The notes under the pieces: model-generated
Seen by the model: only the letters and a program-made list of their open reading frames with translations
What the model was told of the DNA's origin: nothing
The model's database searches: none
NCBI RefSeq assembly: GCF_004010195.1
Contig: NC_057720.1
Span: forward strand, 10,664,652-10,728,651
Length of the DNA: 64,000 nucleotides
Reading direction: 5' to 3'
Origin: Chiloscyllium plagiosum
Taxonomy: Eukaryota
Position numbers and translations under genes: made by a program
Part shown: positions 56,737 through 64,000 of the stretch, piece after piece
How positions within the stretch are numbered: the stretch's first letter is position 1
How the letters are laid out: every line of letters begins with the position of its first letter

Positions 56737-58125
56737 GGGGTTAAAACTGCATCATTTCATGTAAAGTTAACATTCACATTGTTACAGGTTTCTTCAAATA
56801 AACGTTCCAAACAGAATTGAACTCAGAGAGCTTCTCACACACTCAGTCAGGCCCACAGCCCATCTGGGACTTAGAATTGAATTGTACAGAAGGAGGGCAT
56901 TCTGAAACCTGCAGCCTGTACCATATCCAAGATGCATTGCAGCATCCAGTGCCAAGGTTTCTTCAACAGCACTTTCTAAATTCAAGGCCACTACCGTCTA
57001 GAAAGACAAGATGCATGGGTACACCATCAGTCCCCTATTTCAGACTTGGAACTATACAGCAACCTCACTGGGGCTGGGCCAAGAACCTCCCTTACAGCAC
57101 TGTGGTTCTACCTTCAGAACAGAGAATGCAGCAGATCAAGAAGGCAACTCATCCCCACCTTCAAGGACAATTAGGGATCAGCAATCAATGATAGCTTTGT
57201 TGGCAATATCCATGCCCCAGAAATGAATAGAAAAAGACACCATCTGATGTTTATTCACCTATTGTTGAATTTTGTCCTATTCCAGAATCCGCAACTGAAG
57301 ATATTTTCATAGTAAACCAGGTTACACCTGGCTAATGAGTCTGTTTCTGTCAAATCACGATTGGAAAGGATGAGAGCTGAAAAGCTACTATAGACTGAGA
57401 AAAGTCACAGTGAAACTTTAGTCATCATTCTTTTAGTTTACTTAACTAATTCTATTGGTGATACTGGAAGGATGTTATGAAACTTGAAAATGTTCAGAAA
57501 TGATTTACAAATATGTTGGCAAGGTTGAAGGGTTTGAGCTATAGGGAGAGGCTGAATAGGCTGGGACTGCTTTCCCTGGAGCGTTGGAGGCTGAGGGGAG
57601 ACCGTATAAAGGTTTATATAATCATGAGGGGCATGGACAGGGTAAATAGGCAAAGTCTTTTCCCTAGAGTGAGGGAGTCCAGAACAAGAGAAAATTTCTG
57701 TTTTCCGTGCACATGAGCAATTTTCAAACTACATAAGTTGAGAATTAAGTTCCATCAAAATAATCCCAAACTGTTGTTTTGCAATATTTCCTCCAAAAAT
57801 ATTGTGGTCCATAAACAGTTTCTTCCACACTGTTGGTGACGATGTAAGATTCAACATGTTATGCAGACATTAAGATTTTCTCCACTGTAGAATTTTCTTG
57901 CTGATATGCAGTAAATTGCTTTGTAATGCATCTTGGATATGGTAGAGGCTGCAGGCTTGAGAATGCCCTCCTTCTGTACAATACGATTCTATGTCCCAGA
58001 TGGGCTGTGGGCCTGACTGAGTGTGTGAGAAGCTCTCTGAGTGCAATTTTGCTTGGAGGTTTTGATTGAAGAAAGTTGTAACAGTGAGACATTAACTTTA
58101 TATGAACTGATGCAGTTTTAACCCC
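56737..58125. repeat. ~205-bp imperfect inverted repeat (56737-56941 / 57922-58125)
   Basis: For example actcagagagcttctcacacactcagtcaggcccacagcccatctgggac versus its reverse complement at 57993-58042. Confidence 0.9.
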
Positions 58126-58146
58126 TGGCTGGTTTAACAGGCTGGT

Positions 58147-58332
58147 AAAAACAATGACTGCAGATGCTGGAAACCAGATTCTGGATCAGTGGTGCTGGAA
58201 GAGCACAGCAATTCAGGCAGCATCCGACAAGCAGCAAAATCGACGTTTCGGGCAAAAGCCCTTCATCAGGAATAAAGGCAGAGAGCCTGAAGCATGGAGA
58301 GATAAGCTAGAGGAGTGTGGGTGGGGAGAAAG
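58147..58332 (-). mobile_element. Penelope pLTR fragment with intact hammerhead motif (58269-58242), 17-bp TSD
   Basis: Reverse complement of ~18390-18564; direct repeat tggtttaacaggctggt at 58130-58146 and 58333-58349. Confidence 0.88.
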
Positions 58333-58896
58333 TGGTTTAACAGGCTGGTTAATCCCCACCTTGCTCCCTCGCAATAAACAAGTCCCCACAATGCAGGTAT
58401 CAGCAACCAGTTTGAAAGGCCCCTCATAATTGTGTGTGGCTTAAACTGCTGTGGTTGGCAACAGTGATTTCACATTTCCAAAAGCACTCTGTTACTCTAG
58501 CATCATTCAGATTTTCTACATTTCTTTAACAAATTTGGAACTCACTTGTGATAAACTCCACTCATGCCAACATCACACAAAATTTCAGGCTTTGTCCGAT
58601 GTACATGAAGATCCAAAACAGCCCACACTCTCAGCTCTGTTAGTGCCACTTGAACTTACCCATAGTTTAGCCTAAATAAGTTACTTTTGCTTTGGCAGAA
58701 TTCAATCTGAACCAAATAGACATTTTGTGACCAACCAATCTGTTTGGTCAAGGAGTGTAATTTTAGCCCAGCCTGGGCTAAAAACAGCCAAATCGTTGGT
58801 ATAAACAACACAGTTACATCATCCTTTAATGCCTTTCTTGGCTAATGTGCTGCTGGTGCATTTCTCATTCCAAGCAGTATGACTTTATTTTGATAA

Positions 58897-58978
58897 TGCT
58901 GCCTGAATTGCTGTGCTCTTCCAGCACTACTGATCCAGAATCTGGTTTCCAGCATCTGCAGTCATTGTTTTTACCTCA
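58897..58978 (+). mobile_element. Short Penelope pLTR 3' fragment, 13-bp TSD
   Basis: Matches 18491-18568; TSD tttattttgataa at 58884-58896 and 58979-58991. Confidence 0.82.
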
Positions 58979-60031
58979 TTTATTTTGATAAAGTCCATTC
59001 ACATTTTTTTTTTGGCTCATTCAGTCAACAGAATTTACCAATATCCCTTTAAGCAAGTAGGTTTTTTGAGTCAAATTACGCATGTCCAATTTGCTCAATG
59101 CAGTCTTTCAATCTTGGAAGTAATAAGTAGACTTTTGTTACCACATTAATTGAGATATTCAATACAGAATCTTTGTGATACATCCAGTTTTGGCATCATA
59201 ACAATAGGTAAAACCCAAATAGGAAAATTCAGTTCAACGCTTCCGCTGACTTGAACTTAATCACATTACTCGCCTGAGTTAATCAGTCCAGATTGAGTTG
59301 CAATGTTATTTTCTAACTAATACATTCCCCACATTACCATCATGAACAGCAAAGCCATTTTCCTGACCTATTCCCACAATTTTGTTTATAATTTTGTGAG
59401 TCACCTTGATAGTTTTCTGGAAGATAAAGGATGATGCTGTCCAACCCCTGAAGTAACTCCATATTTTCCAACTTGATTGTTGGAGGATCAAACTTATAAT
59501 TTCTGATTCATTTTCTAAATGTTGTAATATTTTTACTTCACTCTCCACTTACACCTGGGCAGGACCATGACTGACTAGTAGCAAGTAACTGCCAGTGATG
59601 TTGGGACAGGTATAAACTGGAATGGCAGAGTGGTGGAACCTATGCAGGGTGGCATTGGAAAGAGAAACAAAGATTGCGATAAAAGAAAGAACAGAAAAAT
59701 ACAAAATTGTTAAGCTGTTTTGTTTAACTCTTTCAATTCTGAATCCATTCATTACATTTTTATCAAAGAAGATAGGTTAAACATGTCAGCCCCTTTCTCT
59801 TTACCTTCATCAGTTTTACCTAACCTTTTGAAAGTTGTATCCAATAACAATTTCAGGGGAACAGGAGTAGGTCATTCAGCTCATCAAGCCTGCTCTCCCA
59901 TTTAATTCAATCATGGCTGATCAAATACCTCAATTCCCTTGACCCTGTTCTTCAGAGGGTCAGTGTGGAATTGATGGGCTGAATAGCCTGCTTCAACACT
60001 GTAGTGATTATATGATTCTGTATCTGCTCAC

Positions 60032-60311
60032 GGTAAAAAGTAAACACATAATAATGACTGTAAGAAAATGTCCAGCCTAATTAAGATAACAGTCGAAGAG
60101 TATGGTGCTGGAAAAGCACAGCCGGTCAGGCAGCATCTGAGGAGCAGAAGAATCAACGTTTTGAGCATAAGATCTTCATCAGCTCCTCAAGCCTTTTTAC
60201 TCCTCAGATGCTGCCTGACCTGCTGTGCTTTTCCAGCACCACACTCTCGACTGTTATCTTAATTAGGCTGGACATTTTCTAACAGTAATTATTGTGTGTT
60301 TACTTTTTACC
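60032..60311. repeat. Fold-back: PLE-derived core (~60091-60252) with palindrome extending ~60 bp into non-PLE flanks
   Basis: ggtaaaaagtaaacaca...gtccagcctaattaagataacagtcga versus tcgactgttatcttaattaggctggac...tgtgtttactttttacc. Confidence 0.88.
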
Positions 60312-60951
60312 CCGCAGTGTTCACTTTCTCCCAGATTAAGATAACATCTGGGTTAGCCTTCCAAAAATACTTTTTCTTTAAAACGAGTTCCATCTGGATA
60401 ATCAATATAACTTCTGTGCTGTGTTTTTATTGCAACAGAACTTAAAATTGTTAATGTAGACATCCTAAGGTTAGCTAGAAGATTATGCACAAGAATGTGC
60501 TGGATTCGACTGAAATTATTTAAATGAATCAGGAGTCAGCATTTTCACTTTGAGGTTGGACAACAGAAGCCACGATTTTCCCACCATGTCCCCAAATGGC
60601 CCCCAGGGGCAAACAATCACCCTGTTGGACTGGAGACAGGTGCCATCTGAAATTTGGGGTCATGGGTATACTCTTGAACATGACTTTGGAATTGAAAGCA
60701 TTTCCTTGTGAGAAAGCAGTAAAAAGGAAGCGTGTGTGACAGTACTTCAGAAATATAAGAAAAACAAACAGAAAAAGCAGCCAGATCATTGATAAGGAAT
60801 GGGAAGAGGATTCTTTGAATAAATTGTTCTTTGGCTACATCCACATCCAGAAAGCAAGGGAGCGTCTATGTGTCTCTGTGTGGAGGTCTGGACCACTAGA
60901 TGTCATTCTCCACATGAATGTACAATCTCTGCTGCAGTAAAGATGGCTGCT

Positions 60952-61153
60952 TTTAGATTAGATTAGATTAGATTAGATTACTTACAGTGTGGAAACAGGC
61001 CCTTCGGCCCAACAAGTCCTCACCGCCCCGCCGAAGCGCAACCCACCCATACCCCTACATTTACCCCTTACCTAACACTACGGGCAATTTAGCATGGCCA
61101 ATTCACCTGACTTGCACATCTTTGGACTGTGGGAGGAAACCACCGTGCCGCCC
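60952..61153 (-). mobile_element. HE1/V-SINE-type SINE with internal deletion of most of the tRNA head
   Basis: (TTAGA)n tail complement; body joins ggaaacc directly to accgtgccgccc. Confidence 0.88.
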
Positions 61154-61173
61154 ACCTTTATTTCTTTCTCTTT

Positions 61174-62830
61174 ATTCATTTTTTTTGTGGGTGTCGCTGG
61201 TTGGCCAGCATTAATTGCCCATCCCTACTGGCCCTTAAGAAGGTGGTGGTGAGCCGCCTTCTTGAACTGCTGCTGTGGGTTGATCCACTATGCCCTTAGA
61301 GAGGGAATTCCAGGAATTTGACTCAGCGACAGTGAAGGAACAATGATATACTTCCAAGTCAGGATGGTGAGTGGTTTGCTGGGGAACTTGAAGGTGGTGG
61401 TGTTCCTATGAATCTACTGCCCTTGTTTTTCCAAATGGATGTGGTCATGGGTATGGCAAATGCTGTCTGAAGATCTTTGTTGGATTTCTGCAACGTATCT
61501 TTTCGTACGGTAGTACACACTGCTGCTACTGAACATCAGTGGTGGGGAGTAGTGGATGCTTGTGGAAGTGATGCAAATCAAATGGGACGCTTTGCCTTGG
61601 ATGGTGTCAAGGTTCTTGAGTATTGTTGGAGCTGCACTCATCGAGATAAGTGGGGGCGACCGTCACACTCCTGACTTGTGTCTAGTAGATGGTGAAGAGG
61701 CTCTGGGGAGTCAGGAGGTGAGTTACTCACCGCAGTATTCCTAGCTTCTGACCTGCTCTTATAACCACTCTGCTTATGTGGTGAGTCCAGTTGTGTTTCT
61801 GGTCAATGATAGTGGGGGATTCAGTGATGGTAACACCATTGAATGCCAAGTGGCAATGGTTACATTATCTGTTATTGGTCATAGCCTGGCATTTGTATGG
61901 AACGAATCTTACTTGACACTTGTCAGCCTAAGCCTGGATATTGTTCAGATTTTGTTTCATTTGAACATGGACTGCTTCAGTATCTGAGGAGTCGTGAATG
62001 GTGCTGAACATTGTGTAATCATGGGAAAACATCCCCACTTCTGATCTTGTGATGGAAGCAAGACAATTGATGAAGCAGCTGAAGATTGTTGGACTGAGGA
62101 CACTATACCAAGGAACTCCTGTAGAGATGTCCTGGAGCTGAGAGGACTGACCTCCAACAACTACAACCATCTTCAGATATGACTCCAACCAGCAGAGAGT
62201 TTGCCCCCTGATACCTACTGATTCCAGTTTTGCTAAGGCTCCTTGAAACCACACTCGGTCATGTACAGCTTTGTTGTTATGAACTATCACTGTCCCCTCC
62301 CTTCTAGAATTCAACTCTTTTGTCCATGTGTGAACTAAGGCTGAGAGGAGGTCAGGAGCTGAGTGGCCCTGGCAGAACCCAAACTAGGCATCACTGAGCA
62401 GGCTGTTGCTGAGTAGGTGCTGCTCAATAGCACTGTTGATGACACTTCCATTATTTTGCTGATGATTGAGAGTAAATTGTTGGAGATGCAATTGACTAGG
62501 ATGGATTTGTTCTGCTTTTTTTGAGTATAAAACATACCCGGGCAATTTTCCATCTTGTTGGGTAGATGCCGGTGCTGTAGCTGTACTGGAACAGCTTGGC
62601 TAGGGGAGCAGCACGTTCTGGAGCAAAGTCTTCAGTACTATTTCCAGAATGTAGTCAGGTCCCATAGCCTTTGCAGTATCCAGTGTCTCCAACCATTCCT
62701 TGCTATCATGTGGAGTGAATCAAATTGGCTGAAGACTGGTATCTGTGATCCTGGAGACCACTGGACGAGGCTGAGATGGATCATCCACTCAGCACGTCTG
62801 GCTGAAGATTGTTGCAAGAGCTTCGGCCTT
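61174..62830 (-). mobile_element. LINE family A (CR1/L2-like), RT to 3' end
   Basis: DRVWFQGALAKLES.GIRGQTL.WLESYL...[16 protein letters not shown]; colinear with 12865-14560. Confidence 0.85.
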
Positions 62831-63480
62831 GTCTTATACACTATTGTGAACATAGAGTTGGAATTGAAAGCATTTCTTTGTGACAAAGCAGTAAAGATGA
62901 AGTACATGAGATGCTTAAACTCAGGTGACCTTTCTGTGATTTCCACACTGTCCATTTCACTATTTACAGCTATGGGTATCATGTGGTGTGTTATTACCTA
63001 AATTATGTCTGCCTTTTTAGTTATTCTGGACAATGTCACCTCCAGTTTACCTGCCAATCAATCAACATGGTTTTTTAATTTCCCTTAAGGACTGTTTGAG
63101 CCAACTCTACCACTTACAGGAAATGCTTTGTCATGTCCAGTGCAATGTCTTATGTGCAGTGCAGAACCTGGTGTTCTTCTTCCCTTCTGTTGCATTAATA
63201 CCATTTCTAAATCCTCATTGCTTCGATTTCTAATCTAAACCCAGACCCATGAGAGCCCAAACTTTGTTACAAGTCAATGGCTATCACTTTGGAAATAGAA
63301 TCCTACTATTCCCAGAGACATCACAAAAGTTAAATTGCGCACAATTTCCCAATGTACCTGATTTACAGATCCAGGTTGACAGAAAATTTGGACCAGGTTT
63401 ATTTACTGAACAAAAATTACTATTTACTACAAGTAATTAGACTGTAGCTACTTAAACAGTTATAGACTGCCTGCATATAA

Positions 63481-63520
63481 CACGCACATGCGTGCGCGTG
63501 CACACACACACACACACACA
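63481..63520. repeat. (CA)n / alternating purine-pyrimidine microsatellite
   Basis: cacgcacatgcgtgcgcgtg followed by (ca)10. Confidence 0.9.
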
Positions 63521-64000
63521 AGAACGCATGTGGACAGTGGGAAGATAGTTCACTCGACTTTGTTCATAATTCCTGTTGAATTGTTTTTTTGTTGAAATTG
63601 ATTCCTGGCATTTCTTTTCTAACTACTTCCACAGTTTGAAAAGGCACAGGGTGCCTTTTTGCTTGGGAAATGTTTCTAATTTATCAGTCCTCCGTAATGT
63701 AAAAATAGATGTGTTGATCATTTGGTTACATGGTCAATACTGTTTCTAGATAACGCACCCATCTTTCGAAGAACCAGCTGGGGACAATGCAGCCTCAATA
63801 TAAACTGGAGACATGAGATATCACCAGGAAGGAAGGAATATCACCAAAAATAATCAGTCAATCCAAGCAGTGAGAAGGGGCTTAATTTGTCCAGAACTGC
63901 AAAGATTTGTCTCCATAGAAACTTAACCACAACTCTTTGAGGAACCCAGAAACTTTCAAGCATCAGTTTTATTTTTCAAGAATGTAAGAGAAAGCTGACC

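Noticed and set aside
1..64000. Most ORF-track entries as host genes
   Set aside because: They are fragments or antisense shadows of CR1, LINE A, SINE and PLE sequence, or short chance ORFs. Only the CLCA exons form a coherent spliced gene.
37802..64000. A second CLCA paralog or neighbouring gene upstream
   Set aside because: I found no CLCA-like exon motifs or other recognisable host exons by eye; only the duplicated intronic block at 53435-54076.

Overview
Eukaryotic genomic DNA, almost certainly from a shark (elasmobranch), inferred from HE1/V-SINE-type SINEs and dense CR1-type LINEs. The only host gene I can support is a complete, apparently intact 14-exon CLCA (calcium-activated chloride channel regulator) gene on the minus strand. 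Its ATG is at 37801 and its stop ends at 3465. My exon assembly gives 2739 nt (912 aa plus stop), with all introns GT-AG and phase-consistent. The protein has a signal peptide, an HExxH metalloprotease motif, a vWA/MIDAS domain, an FnIII-like region and a C-terminal transmembrane helix. Much of the remainder is transposon-derived: two CR1/L2-type LINE families, two tRNA-derived SINE families, Penelope-like elements (PLE) and their short fold-back derivatives, a lightly decayed FLYWCH-MULE (Mutator-like) transposase in intron 2, and a Gypsy integrase relic. The most unusual signals are: (i) many short PLE-derived elements carrying minimal hammerhead-ribozyme motifs, several inserted as palindromes with 7-17 bp target-site duplications (TSDs); (ii) a perfect 256-bp inverted copy of nearby DNA inserted with a 15-17 bp TSD; (iii) further local inverted and direct duplications; and (iv) the MULE, a horizontal-transfer candidate. 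No database searches were run. Family names rest on recognised motifs, and TE boundaries are approximate unless a TSD is quoted.
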